Source of the DNA: Patellaria atrata CBS 101060
Taxonomy: Eukaryota
Direction: 5' to 3'
Length of the DNA stretch: 64,000 nt
Assembly (NCBI GenBank): GCA_010093705.1
Contig: MU006095.1
Location: 1,219,016 to 1,283,015, forward strand
Positions 49,964 to 63,933 of the stretch are shown in pieces. Under the pieces are notes generated by a model that saw nothing but the letters and a program-made list of their open reading frames with translations, searched no databases and was not told where the DNA came from. Both the position numbers and the translations under genes were made by a program. Each line of letters starts with the position of its first letter. Position 1 is the stretch's first letter.

Positions 49964-51930
49964 ATGCCGTCAACGCTTACAGCAAAAGAATTGGAGGAAT
50001 TGGGTAAGTCCTACTATAAGCGGAAGGAATATCAAAAGGCTGTAGACACATTCACGGAGGTATGCAATTGTACGAAAACATGCTGGAATATAATCTCTGA
50101 CAGTTGGTAGGGCCTTCGTGCTCCAAGTGCAACATGGCTTACACTTCTCGACTATCGCTCCGCTGCTTATATGAAGCTTGAGAAGAACGAAAGAGCACTG
50201 GCCGATGGGAAAGAAATGATTAGAGTGGGCAACCAAGACGTCCGAGTGCGTATCATGACTAGATCTCACTTTCTATTCAATTCTTACCGACCTAGGGATA
50301 TCTCCGTGCAGGCAAGGTACTTCAAAAAATGGAGAAATTTGAAACTGCATTGAAGGTCTACGAGTATGGGTTGCGTAAGGTCTCTACAGCGAACACTGAT
50401 TATCAGGTAGGTAAACTGAATATCAATGCACCCACAGTCATCCTCGTTAACTGTTTGAGCAGCTACTTCGAGGTGTCCAGGATAAATTAACAAAACAACT
50501 CTCACCCCCCAAGGCAGTTGACCCGTTGAATGCTTTACCAGCTGAATTGGTAGACATGGTTTTGAGTTATCTTTCATTCAAAAACATTGTGTGAGAAATC
50601 ATGTCTGAATTTATATAATGCACCTTTTGCTGATAAGAAACTAGGAATTGCTTACGGGTTTCAAGAACTTGGAACGGATATCTTGGTTCCATCCCTTCTC
50701 TCTGGTCCAACTTGGACCTCTCTCTTCCACGGAAACCCGTCAAGCTGCAATTCATCCGGAAATGCATCACCCGGTCTCAGGGACGACTTTCGACCGCCGT
50801 CATGTCACGCATAGCAGATGGTGGCACACTGAACACACTTACAAAATGCTGTAAGAATTTACAGACCTTGGAACTGACTGATGGCGGATTAGTGGGTCAA
50901 ACTCTAATTGAAGCTATGAAGCACGCCTCAAACTTGACGACACTCATATTAGGTCAACGAATCCACGTATCAGAAGATACGCTATATCAAATACTGAAGA
51001 ACTGCCCGAGCCTAGTACACGTCGAGGTCCAATCCTTAAAAGGGCCCCTAGATGTTGATTTTCATATGCCCAACATGCAGACTATAAAACTTACATCTGC
51101 AGCACCAGGGAGACAATCTATAGTAAGATTAGAACGCAAATTCTTTATGGGTCTCTCAACTAAGCGCATGATAGGATAGTTTCCTTGACTACATGCCGAA
51201 TATCCGGTGCCTATCATTGATTAACTGGTCCTTATGGGGTCCCAGGCATGTGATAGATCTTGCAAAGCTTTCCAAACTGCAGCATCTAAACCTCGAAAAG
51301 TCTAGCAGTTTGTATTCTTTAACTCTTCCACCTTCTCTTTTGAGCCTGAAGCACACGAAATCCAACGAATTTGTAGCATCGAACAATTCTCGGTGGTCAC
51401 CAGCACAGGCAGATGAACCATTTTTACTTCCACAAATCGAAGAACTTCACTTGGAGCAAGTATACGCAGAGAGAGCTTACGAGGTGTTAGACACCATGCT
51501 CAACGCAGAAGAGAGGCCGGAAGCGCCATTTCCATGGTCCAGTTTACGCACTCTTGCTCTCTGTTCTTTTACGGGTTCAACCGAGAGAGAGAGCGACATA
51601 TCTATTGCATTAGGATGCCCAAGATTAGAGAAGCTCGAGGAACTAGCTTTGATTGATACCCCAACCGTTGATGATGAGCTCGCATCGACCTTACCAGATT
51701 TATTTCCACGTCTGCGAATATTGAATCTTTCAAAGACCAGTATCAGTGGAGTCGCGGTTAAGGTCATTGTTACGAAGTTGCGGGGTCGCCTTACATTCCT
51801 TGGCCTCAATATGTGCCATAGGGTTAGTCCTGACGCTGTCGAGTGGGCAAGGCAACAAGGTATTGAAGTCTCCTTCAAATCAGCAGAAGGAGCGGGTAGA
51901 GGTAAGGGCGGGCGCTTGGTACGGTTTTAA
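49964..51930 (+). CDS. TPR / F-box / LRR protein (Pof3/Dia2-like SCF adaptor); about five introns
   Basis: N-terminal TPRs (GKSYYKRKEYQKAVDTFTE; LDYRSAAYMKL; GYLRAGKVLQ), F-box DPLNALPAELVDMVLSYLSF..NCLRVSRTW, and LRR-like C-terminal repeats. Confidence 0.85.
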
Positions 51931-52005
51931 AAGTTCTACGAAATGTTATGCTAGGAATACTGTTTACACTTTACAAAATTATGGATTTAATCTGTACACT
52001 TGTCA

Positions 52006-53123
52006 TTACAGTTTGTTATTCTGAGGTTGTGGGACTTTCACCACAACCTTACCCCATGTATTCCTCGCGCCTAAGGCTTTTAATGCTTCCGGAACGCTCT
52101 CTAAACCAGAAAATTCCCGGTCTGTAAACGTGGTACCCTTGTACTTTCCTCTCTCTATCAGCTGGTAAATACCTTCCCAGACTTTAGGGACTGTCTCCGG
52201 CTCCTTTTGCCAGTACATTCCCCAGTGCAATCCAACAACGCTGACGTTCTTTAGTAATACGCGGTTTGTCGCAATTTTTTCGAGCTCCCCACCGGCAAAA
52301 CCTATCACCAGAAGACGTCCATTCCATGCTATACATTTCATCGATGGGCCAACCATTCCGACGGGGTCGTAAACAATGTCTACCCCTCTACCTTTAGGAG
52401 TGAGCTTCTTTACCCGGTCAGGCCAGTCTTTATCTCGATAATTGACAACATAGTCCGCACCAAATGATCGGGCAACATCAAGCTTTTGCTGAGTGCCTGC
52501 TGTCGCGATAACGGTTGCCCCAAATGCTTTTGCAATTTGTACTGCAGCCAAACCAACACCACCTGCAGCTGCGTGGACAAGAACCCAGTCACCTAAAGGT
52601 TTCATGAGTACAGATCAGCGTTTCTTGAGACCATATTAAATACCTTGCTTCACGCCCGCTCTCTGCACCAATCCAGCGTAACTTGTTGGCACAGTGACAT
52701 ATAACCCAGCTGCATCAGTGAAGCTCCAATCCTTAGGCATAGGTCTCAGTTGGTCCTCAAGTGCGGCAATCTTAGTAGCATAACCTCCTTGACGAGCGCC
52801 GAAGACCTTATCTCCCACTCTATATTTTGGGCTTTTACCACTAGATGGGATCTTTTCGATCATCCCCGCGAATTCAGTGCCAGCTATCCAAGGGAGCTTA
52901 GGTTGGTGCTGGTACTTGCCCGCTATTTGGAGTAGATCGAAGAAGTTGGTCGCTGTTGCGTGGATAGCTACAATATATTCATCTTCGGCTGGTACGGGAT
53001 CTGGTATGTCGGATATTATGAGATCATCTGGCTCCTATTCATGTCAACTTTTCAAGTTTCAGACCTCATACTTTGATTGAATTCTCCTACCTTGACAAGC
53101 TCTTTGAGTTGAATGCCCCGCAT
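52006..53123 (-). CDS. NADPH:quinone oxidoreductase / zeta-crystallin-like MDR; two introns; PTS1-like ending NKL
   Basis: ATATNFFDLLQIAGKYQHQP, GTEFAG, VLVHAAAGGVGLAAVQIAK, GVDIVYDPVG, ending QNNKL*. Confidence 0.92.
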
Positions 53124-53713
53124 GTTTTTATAAAGAGCAGAGAGGTCCTTCTGAACTTTGTATACAGTTGTTTCTAATGTTATATTTCTACTTATCTAGT
53201 GCTATGAAGACGAGATTCCAACCAAAAACAAATAGAGAGCAAGGAACTTCTAGTGTTAAGGATCAAATAGAACATTTGTACACATAAACCGAGAACTGGA
53301 GATCAAAACGCCCCCTTCAAACGAGTCCCCCACCAGTTGCCTCGGCTCAATTTTACTGTTTTTGTTCGGCTCGTAGTGATAACTTTCGGAGAGCGGAACA
53401 TCTTCCCCCCGATCCTGTTTGCTCTCATCTGGTTTTACCTTACGCCGCGCACCTCCGGCCTTGTAAGCCAAGCATCTCAACTTCGTAAACCTTCTCTCCC
53501 TTCCATTGGACTTAGCCTTGCATTTACAATCTCAACCCTTCCTTTCCTAGGAACTTATACCAGGCAAACAACTAAATCGCCGCAACTTTATCGAAAACAT
53601 CTATTGAACCTTCATCTTTGATCTTCCGCCCGTCCGTGAGGAATAACCTACTTCCTTGGCTTCGATATCGCCCCACCTTCACGAGCTTGCCATCTTCCCT
53701 GTGAACGACAAGA

Positions 53714-55150
53714 ATGTCGGAAGAGAATGTGGATGAGCCTCAAATCACTTTCAACGTCAAGTCTTCAAGCGATGCGAAATACGTTATTACCGCCTCCGCC
53801 AGTTCTACAGTGTCGGATCTGAAAAATACGCTCTCAACATCAGAATACGCAGATATCCCAGTTGAGCGACAACGACTGATCTATTCCGGCCGCGTTCTGA
53901 AAGACCCAGATACCTTAGCAGCTATTAAAATCAAGGATGGCCATACTATTCATTTAGTAAAGGGAGCTGCGAGCAATGCACGCCAAAATCCAGCAAACCA
54001 GAGTTCAAGTACAGGAGCATCAACTGGAGCTTCAAATCCAGCGACAGCCGGCGTTCCCACGAATATCGCAGCAGGTACTGGCAATAATCCTCTCGCTGCT
54101 CTGACTGGGGCTCGACATGCAGGTTTTCATGGCTTGCCAGGTGCAGATATATTCGGACCAGATGGCGGAGTAAGTTTCTGGTGGAACACAATGAATTACA
54201 GTGATGCTGACTGAGTCATGCAGATGGGCCCTCCCCCAGATGCAGACTCCCTTCTACAAATGATGGATAATCCGATGTTCCTGTCACAGATGAACGAAGC
54301 AATGCAGAACCCGGCAATTATCGAGATGATGCGCAACAGCCCTATGATGCGTAACAATCCAGTCGCACAACAGATGTTTGACAATCCGGAGATTAGACGC
54401 ATGATGACAGATCCACAGATGATACGTATGCAGCTACAGATGCAGAGAGCAATGCGTGGTCAAGAAGGTTCCGGTGGAGGATCGGCTTTTCCCGCCCCTG
54501 GAGTGACGGATATGACACCACAACAGGGCACGGCGACAGGCGATGGTACAACAGCGACACCAAATCAACCGGACACCACTGGAAGCACGTCTCCGCCACC
54601 AAATCCGCTTGCAAGTCTTTTTGGTAATACGGGCACAGGAGCTCCAGCGGGCGGAAACCCATTCGCAGCGCTCTTCGGCACTCCCCAAAACAATAACACC
54701 ACCGGCACCCCTACAAATTCTCCACCATCTTACGCTTCCGCAGGCGTCACACCTACCGGCCGAACTACATCCCCTCTAGGACAACAAAACCAACAGAATC
54801 CATTTGCAGGACTGTTCGGTGCGCAGCAAAACACGAACGATCCAATCGCACAGATGACTCGACAAATGATGCAAAACCCGGAAATGATGCGCCAGGCCAT
54901 GCAAATGCTAGGAGGTGGTACTGGTGCTGGTGAACAAGGAGGAGCCAACCCCCTTACTGGTTTGTTCAATCCGTTCGGTGGCGAAACGCCGGCTGCGCCT
55001 GCGGACAACAGACCCCCAGAGGAACGCTACGCGGATCAGTTGAGGCAATTGAATGAGATGGGGTTCTATGAATTCGAGCGTAATGTTCAAGCATTAAGGA
55101 GGAGTGGTGGTAGCGTGCAGGGTGCAGTAGAGTATTTATTAAGCGGATGA
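53714..55150 (+). CDS. DSK2: Ubiquilin (UBL-STI1-UBA) proteasome shuttle factor; one intron
   Basis: UBL QRLIYSGRVLKD, Met-rich STI1 motifs (NPEMMRQ), UBA PPEERYADQLRQLNEMGF...GSVQGAVEYLL. Confidence 0.95.
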
Positions 55151-55808
55151 TGAAGTGGGGTCAAGGCATTCGTGAGTTCTTCTCATATTCCAATATCTTG
55201 ATAAATGGATGGGAGTGGAGGGTTCTCTTTGCATCAACACCGCCTCTTCCCCTTGAGGCCTGTCATGCGGGCCTATAATCAGGTTTTCGACTGTTGGGAC
55301 CAGACATCAGGCGAGAGCCGCTCTATTCTACTGATATACGGTATTTTGGCGGTCGGTAACGAGCGAGGTTTGAACGTTCCCATTAGTATTCAAATAGAAT
55401 TATCGAGATACCGCCGCTGGGAAAGGCGGGTTATATGTGTATTCCAATGAATGCTATATGATTCTCTCGGTCTACCCTCAGTCGCGTATTCGGTCATCTG
55501 TGATCCCATATCTGCTCCAATAGATCTGTTGCCTATATGATTGACTCCTACGTATACCAGAGGTCCTTCGTACGTTTCGCACTTTCCTGTACGGTATAGT
55601 CATTACCTCCTCCGTGGTGAGCGTACAGTATACAGTAGAAGAGGGATTTACTACAGGGAAAGGAATATCTAACTTCTCGCATACCTCCATCGCCCATTCA
55701 ATACCCGTCACTCATCAGATACTTTCTTCCTCACTCCCCCTTCCCGCTATACTCACAAAATCCCATTCCATCCCATACCGTCCTATCCTCCCGTCCAACC
55801 CTAGAAAA

Positions 55809-55844
55809 ATATCCCTCATATCCCTCATATCCCTCATATCCCTC
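55809..55844. repeat. (ATATCCCTC)4 minisatellite
   Basis: Four perfect 9-nt copies followed by degenerate ones. Confidence 0.9.
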
Positions 55845-56024
55845 ATAACCCCCTCATATGCCCCCAATCCATTCTAGGGTTTTTTTTTTACACAAGGGGC
55901 ATGATATATCCTGCTCCTTTCTGCCCAGTGATTGCGGATAGTCCACGCCTCTGGTCTCGGATCTGTAGTCTCGTTTTGGAGGAGTGCGTTGTATCGATCT
56001 GTTATCTCATACACCTACGGTTTA

Positions 56025-56049
56025 TACAGTACAGTACAGTACAGTACAG
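56025..56049. repeat. (TACAG)5 microsatellite
   Basis: Five perfect pentamers. Confidence 0.9.
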
Positions 56050-56227
56050 TGCAATAAACGTCTATCAATCGAACAATACTCAGGGGTTTAAAGTAGGGCT
56101 TACGATATGGAAAGACAAGGTGTAAATATATCCAAATAGAACTGAAATAACTAAATTTAAAGTGACATAACGAAGCATACTAAACATTACAACGGGACGT
56201 GTCCTTTACCAGCGAAGAAGTGCCATA

Positions 56228-57311
56228 TCACAGAGTGATAACCTTCTCACCCTGCTTCGGCGGCCTACAACAAAACAGAATCGAGTCGACCAAACTCGCC
56301 AACCCGGCAACGAAAGGGATGAGCTGACCTGGCGTGCCCATGTCTCCGAACGGTTCGAGATTGTTATACTGAATCGTCATTTCGGCCGTCGCGACGAAGA
56401 AGGGAAACATGATGAGACCGGTGACGGTAGGATACAAAAGTTGCGATGCGAGATTTGAGCGGCCTTCACCGGAGATAGTCTGAAAAGTGAGTTAGTACCT
56501 GGGCCAAGTCTGTAGTTGAAAGAATGCGAGTACATACCCATTCATCGTCATCCAAAATGTCGTTCCACCACCACTTCGAAATCGGTATGACTGCTTTCGT
56601 CAAAGAATTGTATACGGAGAAAAGTACCAAAAACGATGAAAGAGCCGTCAGAGCCGCCATCATTTTCCAATACCAGCCATCGATCGACACTCGAGTAAAA
56701 AACCATGTCACGTTAATCGTGTCCAGTTTGGGTAATTTGGATCGTCCTACGGGCCAGAACCACATAAAAACACCGTTGAACCACAATGAGGTCGCATTGT
56801 AGAGAACCAAGCCGAGAGCGTTCCCTCGAATGCCTGAATTGATGATGCTGGTCCCTACAGTGGTCATATTGGTGCCGAGAATATTGCAGATGACCAGTGT
56901 CTCTGCGGCACTGATATCTTTTTTAATAACCAGTCGGCACCATGCAGCAAGCACGGAGATGAAAATGACTGTCGAAAAGATCATCGGTGGCCCACCTGCT
57001 GGAGAACGGAGTGGCCTGATCATAATGATCATACCTGCGATGGATTGAAGATAAAGTCCAACACGGATGCCGATGCCGTAAGTATCCTGAGCTGCGTCGG
57101 GATTGCCAATTACCCTCCGGGAAACTAGATGTTTCGGTAGAGTCTGTGAGGTATGGCTGAATATGAGAACTGCAGTGAGTCCGATGCAGAAGACAATCGA
57201 TGTGCACATGAACGGCACAAACACATTTCTCCTTGAGGTAGTTTTTTCTTTCTCCAAGCTATATGTAGCTACCGACAATGACCGCTGCCCTGGGTATGCT
57301 TGTAAATCCAT
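56228..57311 (-). CDS. Uncharacterised multi-pass fungal membrane protein; one intron
   Basis: About 7-8 hydrophobic segments. Motifs D..YGIGIRVGLYLQ and AEMTIQYNNL...TPGQLIPF resemble a recurrent hypothetical ascomycete membrane family. Confidence 0.75.
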
Positions 57312-59477
57312 GGCTCGTACCCGTTTTGCGAAATGTGACCAGTAGAAAAAAGATCACTGTGTGGACTGATGTAATTTATGTTTTCGATTAATGGCCAACA
57401 TTTGAGTCAAGAGAACTTTATTATATATTTATTTGGCTACATTTGAACAACCACCTCATTTTGTCGAAAGAGCCTCAATCAGGCTGTGGCTGTGGCTGTA
57501 ATTCCGACCCTCATAGGTCTTCTGCAGACTTGGCAATACACGCCACCACGAAATTCGACAAACACCATGAGGCTATGTGAAGCAGAGAAGAAATGACCAA
57601 TCATACAGGCAATACGAGGCCATTAAGCGCATTTTTTTTTCGAAAAAGGTTGCAGAACATGTTTTTGTTGAAGCAAGGCTAAGCGAAAACCATTCGCAGT
57701 CCACTACGGTACACGCAAATGGAATGAAAGCTGAGAAAGAGAAGTCGAGAACTTCGACCGGTTTGACGAATATGGAAGTGATGTTTGTTAAAGGGATCCG
57801 ACTTACCCGTTCTGTTTTATAGCCATATCTATTGAACGTTCAACGCCAGCCACAAAGTGATGGTAAAAATATCCTGACTTGTGTCGTCATCGTCGCTGAA
57901 TAGTTCAACCAAAAACATAATAAGGAGTATACGTTTTCTTCTCAAGCAGCATGCAACCTCGACGGAGGCCGCCGAAAAAAAAGAAGATTATACCTACGAA
58001 ACAGTCTCATGAGACAGAGTAGCACGCGATGTACCTGATAGACATTTGGACTGAAGAGAATAGGGCGCTCAACAACCGACATATTGTAGATATTACCATA
58101 ACGTAATGGAAGGAGGATGCTCTTTGATAATAAGCAGTAAACGATGTTACGAATTGTGAAAGAAATGACTCTGAAGATGGATATGGTCTCATCCTGTTAA
58201 GCGCAACTTCAATCAATAGGAATTTTTAATAAACGACGTGCATTTGTGAGTTCAGTGTTAAATGGCGGAAATGTCGGATTCCGGCAAGATTTCGTAGATT
58301 TTTAGTTCGAATATATATCGAGATGCCTGAAGGTAAGGTGGAGTAGTAAACGGACCCGGGGGGATTTCAGAGTGGAACCTCACTGTGGACGATTACGGAC
58401 CTCTAAAAGGTATGAAATGGCATGGACAAGGTATTTGCACAGTACAGTAGAAGTACTAATGAACCTGTTGGTGTTTCACGGATCCACGTCGCGTTGAGTG
58501 AGTTTGACGGTACTGCGGGTGCAGCTGACTGTGGTCGGGGAGCTAACATGCTGTTTTTGACTGTCATGAGCTGAGCGTCGCGGAGAACCAATTCTCCATT
58601 GCCGGATTAGGGAAACGCGAAGACAAAAAGGAGGCTGCAGGCTAATAACGAAGATGGGAAGAATAAAGAGCGATGAGGTGTATGCTTGGATGGCTTGGTG
58701 CAAGGGAAAAGAACAGGAGCCGCCGGATCAAGGCGAAATGCTGGTTCTAACAATGCTTCCATGGATGCTGCTGAGTGCTGACGAGGGAGGGAACGAGAAA
58801 AGGCAGTCGATGGTGAAAGGGCTCGCACCTCAGACTATAATTGGGCCCGGATCAAGGAATTTTTGTCGCAATGTGCCACCTCGACTCGACCGGCGACAAA
58901 GAGAGAAAACAATCAGAGAGTAGAAGATAATAAATAAGGGAAGTAGAAAGTAAAAGATGAAGATGCATTCTAAGGAAAGAGAGATTCTAGGAAAGAGAGA
59001 TTCTAGGAAAGAGTGGGTTGCACGTGACCCGAGCTCTCTCACTTCATCATGATCTTCCTGCGACAATTCAGAAGTGCTTGGGCGAACCTTAAGGGCTCAA
59101 TAACGGTAAGTCAAACAACAAGCGACTCGCACCAATATGACGGCCAGCCCCAGCTTCAACCTTTTTAATCATGCATCCACCTCACACTTGTCCTCTCCTC
59201 ACCCATTCAACTCCAACTCTTCAACTCACTTCCTCAAAACACCAAAACTCCCATCGCCGCCATCCCCTTCTATCACCCTTACCGCAAACGAGAGATACGC
59301 TCGCGCCCCTTTCACGCTCCACCAACTCACGCTTCGGCCTGACTGACTGACCTTGCACGCCAACGGTCGCTTTGAACGGTCACGACCTCCCTTTCAACCC
59401 ACTTTTACCTCCGAATTTCATTCATCCTCAACACTAGGCATTCACGACGAACAAAACAATCTCGCGATAATTCGTCA

Positions 59478-60474
59478 ATGTCGCCTTCCACCACACTCAC
59501 CATGTCTTCCTCGCCTAAATCCACAAATATGGCAAAATCTAAGCTGGTAAAACTCGTCCTATCGAGTGAAGCACTCAAACGGTTCCCTCACGAAGCACCT
59601 GTTCGTAAAGAGTCGCGATCAAAGTCATCTTCATCGTCTACCTCAACGCCAGCAGAGCACGTAGTCGATGCTTCACCACTCACCATCCCTTCCGAGATGA
59701 ACGAGTCGCCAGCACCCAATGGCACTGCCAACCCCTTACCATCTAATCCATCCTCGGACAATGCGACATCAACATCTCAAGCTGCAAATGGCCTTAAGAG
59801 GAAAGGGATTCCTGGCCCAAAACCAGGCTCCAAGAGAGGTCCTCCCTTGACCGCAGATGGCCTCCCCAAACCTCGAGGAAAGCCTGGACCTAAAAAGAAG
59901 CCAAGATTGTAAGTCTACAGCTACCCCAGAATCTATTCACAACATATGTTCCCGTCCTTAGATGCATTGAATGGCTGAACCAGCAATGTATCAGCTTACA
60001 CGCGTCTCTGATCCAATCATTCCATCACATATACTATCGTAATGAAAACTAACATTATTCTGTAGGGGCGACTTCAATGGCGACCCTATGCTTCTCAAGG
60101 CTGCGTTGGGGAGCATGACAACCACGCAAAAACTGGGTCCCAAAGCCAACCAAGGCGCCATCAATGCCGGTCTACGCGCTCTCGACAGGTCTGGCAAACC
60201 TTGTCGTAAATGGGAAAGGCAAGGACTTCAACTCAAGAGCTTCACTGGAGTCGTCTTCAATGTTCCACTCTGGAGAGCTCCTAGGAAGGTCAACGTCGAT
60301 GAGAATGGCGATGTCAAGAGTGACACTACTGGTTCGAGCGAAGCTAAACCGAACAATGACAGCAGTGCTGTCCCAAGCGAAAAGAGCAATGGGAATGTAG
60401 ACACCCCTAATATAGAGCAGGCAGCGGTCAATATTGTTGGCTCACCTAGCCCTGCTGTCGCCACACCAGCCTGA
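59478..60474 (+). CDS. IES4: INO80 chromatin remodelling complex subunit Ies4; one intron
   Basis: KLVKLVLS, PGPKPGSKR, KPRGKPGPKKKPRL | KLGPKANQGAINAGLRALDRSGKPCRKWER..LKSFTG. Confidence 0.88.
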
Positions 60475-61575
60475 GTGAGGATCAACAAATCGGTAAGCAC
60501 ATTGTACTCCTTTCTTCAACATTCCTAAACTTCTTATCCTCGTTTATGTCTCGCTCAGTTGCGCTTACCCGATCCTATGATCTTACATTATAATTCAAGT
60601 CATATTCAGTGCTAACCATATGATAGGACTACATTTCTTATCATATATGCGGGACTGGTTCCTGCTTATCCATACTCTTTACACACTATCAAAAGTATCT
60701 TTAAAGGTTTCGAACCCTCTTCGATGCTCATTCTTCCTTCTTCGAGCATTTTCTCACGTTACTGGCGTATATTGTGGAACGGGGTTCTATTCGGGTGGCA
60801 TGGTCTATTGGGCGTTCTGAAAAGGAGCATTTTATGAGCTGGCGCGTTCAGATGCTAGTTCACATTGCAGGACGTTGGCGTATGACCTGGGGGAATCTGG
60901 AGGAGAGACCTGGAATAGGTCTTGGATGGTCTTACATTCACGGCATTGGGCCGTATCTGTATAATATCACAAGATTTGGAGCTTGCATGTCGTGTCATGG
61001 TGGCGTGTATTTGCTAACATGTAATTGTTTGCCTTTTGAGTAGCATCTGTGACTCGCTCAGCTATGAGTGATTCGCGGTGAGGGGCATCGGGTGTGCATG
61101 CTCTATGTTCGATGTACCTCAATCAAAAACCCCCCTTCCGCCCCCCCGCTATCTCAGTAGACAACGTCACGATACGGAAGATTATACCTGTCAAAGAGCT
61201 TTCGATTGATCCCGGAAAATGCCCAAATCTACCATTCCTGCAACTGTAACAACGTATAGTGTGCCTGGTCGCCATTGATACCCTGCCCTGACCAGCGCTC
61301 TTGCCACCTCCAACCTTCAACGTGATTCCCCAGCAAACCTCCCGTCCTACTTCACTCTCAGTATCACGGTATTAACGGCAAACATTCAGTTATCACCATC
61401 ATTATCGTCCGAGCCTCCTACGCAGATACAATAACCTCGTTCTTTGAGCTTCTTGCAAGGTGACCTTAGCTCCATCGGGAGCAGGGCATCACCAGTCCCG
61501 GCATCTCCCATAGCGTTTCCGTAGCTCTTACTCTGTCACTAGACATATCATCAACTGTTCTCCTCAAAGCTAACA

Positions 61576-63933
61576 ATGTTTCGAAGATCTTCGTATGCCT
61601 CAGTCGCCGCGGGAACCGCGGCCTCCACATCCCCACAGCCCTTCCAGTCTAGACCTAACACCTTATCACCCATGATGAACCCAACTTACAGCGGGGCGAA
61701 TTCCCTCCCATATTCAACACACCATTCGCGACACCCGTCAAGAGGTATGGACGTAGAAGGACATCATAATGCAGGTTCTTGGGGAAGAGGCGGTCAGCTC
61801 CCATCATATTCGAGCCAGTATGGCTATTCATCAAATGGTTCCGGTGGCGGAGCATATGACGGATTGCATGAGACTTTCTTCATACCATCCTACCTGAGGG
61901 GATCGAGGCATATGGAACGGTTAGAGGAAGCATACAAAGCACGCGTCGCTGCTCAGAGAGAAATGAAGTCTTCGCACTCCAACCCTGGTTCGCTATCCGC
62001 GAGTTCGAGCAGCGTAAACCTTCATAAGATGGTACCCTCGCATCGTGGGATGACACACGACATAATAGAAAGAGCACCTGCTCATAATGAGCCCAAATAC
62101 GCTCCTTTACCCATGCGGTGGAGTGAATCAGATATGGTAGGACTCGAATTACAAGCGGACGGGCTCGAAGTAAGATTTGGCGGCTCGAGTAAAACACACG
62201 ATGATGCAGCATCGATAAGAGCAGATCATTGTATGCCACGGCAATGCGGAATATACTATTACGAGGTCACAGTTGTATCCAAAGGGAAAGAAGGGTGGGA
62301 GACCTCCCGTGGGTATAAAAATTGGGACTATTCTAACTGATTCAATGATATAGGCTCATTGGCGTCGGTTTCTCCGCGAAAGGAGTACCCCTGAATAGAT
62401 TACCTGGTTGGGAGCCACGCTCGTGGGCGTACCATGGGGATGATGGCTACAGCTTTTGTCAAACCGCACAAGGTAAAGCATATGGACCCAAATTTTCCAC
62501 TACAGATGTTATAGGCTGTGGTATAAATTTCCGAACCAATTCTGCTTTCTTCACAAAGAATGGAATATATCTAGGTATGTCAATCCTTACAGTTAGAAAA
62601 AAAGTGTGCTTAGTTGTATCAGGAACCGCTTTTAAGGATATCCTTAAGGAGGAGGATCTCTATCCCTCGGTCGGTATGAAAAAACCCGGAGAGCATCTAA
62701 GAGTAAACTTCGGGCAGTCTCCATTCATATTTGACATTGATGGGATGATGAGGGTTCGTAAGCAAATCCGCTTTTCATCTGATCAAAACTAAATTTTTAT
62801 CCAGCAAGAGAAAAAGATGATTCAGGACGAAATTAACAAAGCAGATGTCGCATCGCTACATCCTCCACTCGACGAGACAGCACTAATCCATGAGCTAATC
62901 GCTCAGTACCTCGCCCACGACGGGTACGTCGAAACAGCACGTGCATTCGCCCATGAAGTACGCGCAGAGTCGCAAGCCCTCGCAAATGGGAACACTAACG
63001 CAACGATTAAAGAACTCGATCCCGCCGACGACATCGATGGTGTAAACCGGCAACGTATGTTCCCCTTGTAAGCGCAGTCTCAAATTCTAAAGACTGACGG
63101 TAGACTAGGGATACGAATGGCAATCCTCGACGGCGACGTCGACAAAGCTCTCAAATACACAAAATCGTTTTACCCGCGCGTCCTACGCGAAAATGAAAAC
63201 ATCTACTTCAAACTCAAATGCTGCAAGTTCGTCGAAATGGCACGGCGGTTCGTGGAACAACAATCGGCAAATGCGCCGTCTTCGAATCGGGCCACCAGCA
63301 ACGGCAACGCCACGAGCAACGGACATAGAAATCAAAATGGCAAAGCGCCCGTCATAAACGATTACGATGATGATGTCTTCGACCACCAGATGGAGCTTGA
63401 TGACCAGCTGATCCATAACGGCGGCAGCGGGGACTGGGAACGCATGGATATGGAGGACAGCCAACCGCATGAATCTCGAGCTACAGGGGAGAAGGAGCAA
63501 CAGGGAGATCTGATGGTCGAGTTGTTCAAATACGGCGCCGAGCTCAAGACGGAGTTCAAGGATGACCCTAGGCGAGAGACGAAACAGACGCTCGATAGCA
63601 TATTCGCGATTATCGCGTATCCGGACGTGAGGGAGAGTCCGGTGAATCAGTTACTCGACGTTTCGGGGAGAGTAGCGGTGGCGGAGGAGTTAAACGGGGC
63701 TATTCTAGGTGAGTAGTTGAACATTTCTCCCATTCAGACACTGGAGAAGGGGGGTGGGATGGCAGTGCGGCAACAGGAGATCATGGCTAATGTGTACAAC
63801 AGTGAGTCTAGGCAAATCATCGTCAGCAGCCCTCGAGCGCCTCTGTCAGCAAAGCGAAGCTCTCGTCAACGAGCTCGCGGGCGATGGTGGACCCGGCGCT
63901 TTCATCAACGTCAGGAAGGACTTTTTGCTGTAA
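61576..63933 (+). CDS. RanBP9/10 (Gid1/Vid30-like) SPRY-LisH-CTLH-CRA protein of the GID/CTLH E3 ligase; five introns
   Basis: SPRY (GIYYYEV, RLPGWE..SWAYHGDDG, NFGQSPFIFDI), LisH (LIAQYLAHDGYVETARAF), CTLH (AILDGDVDKAL, FKLKCCKFVEM), CRA (VAEELNGAIL). Confidence 0.92.
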
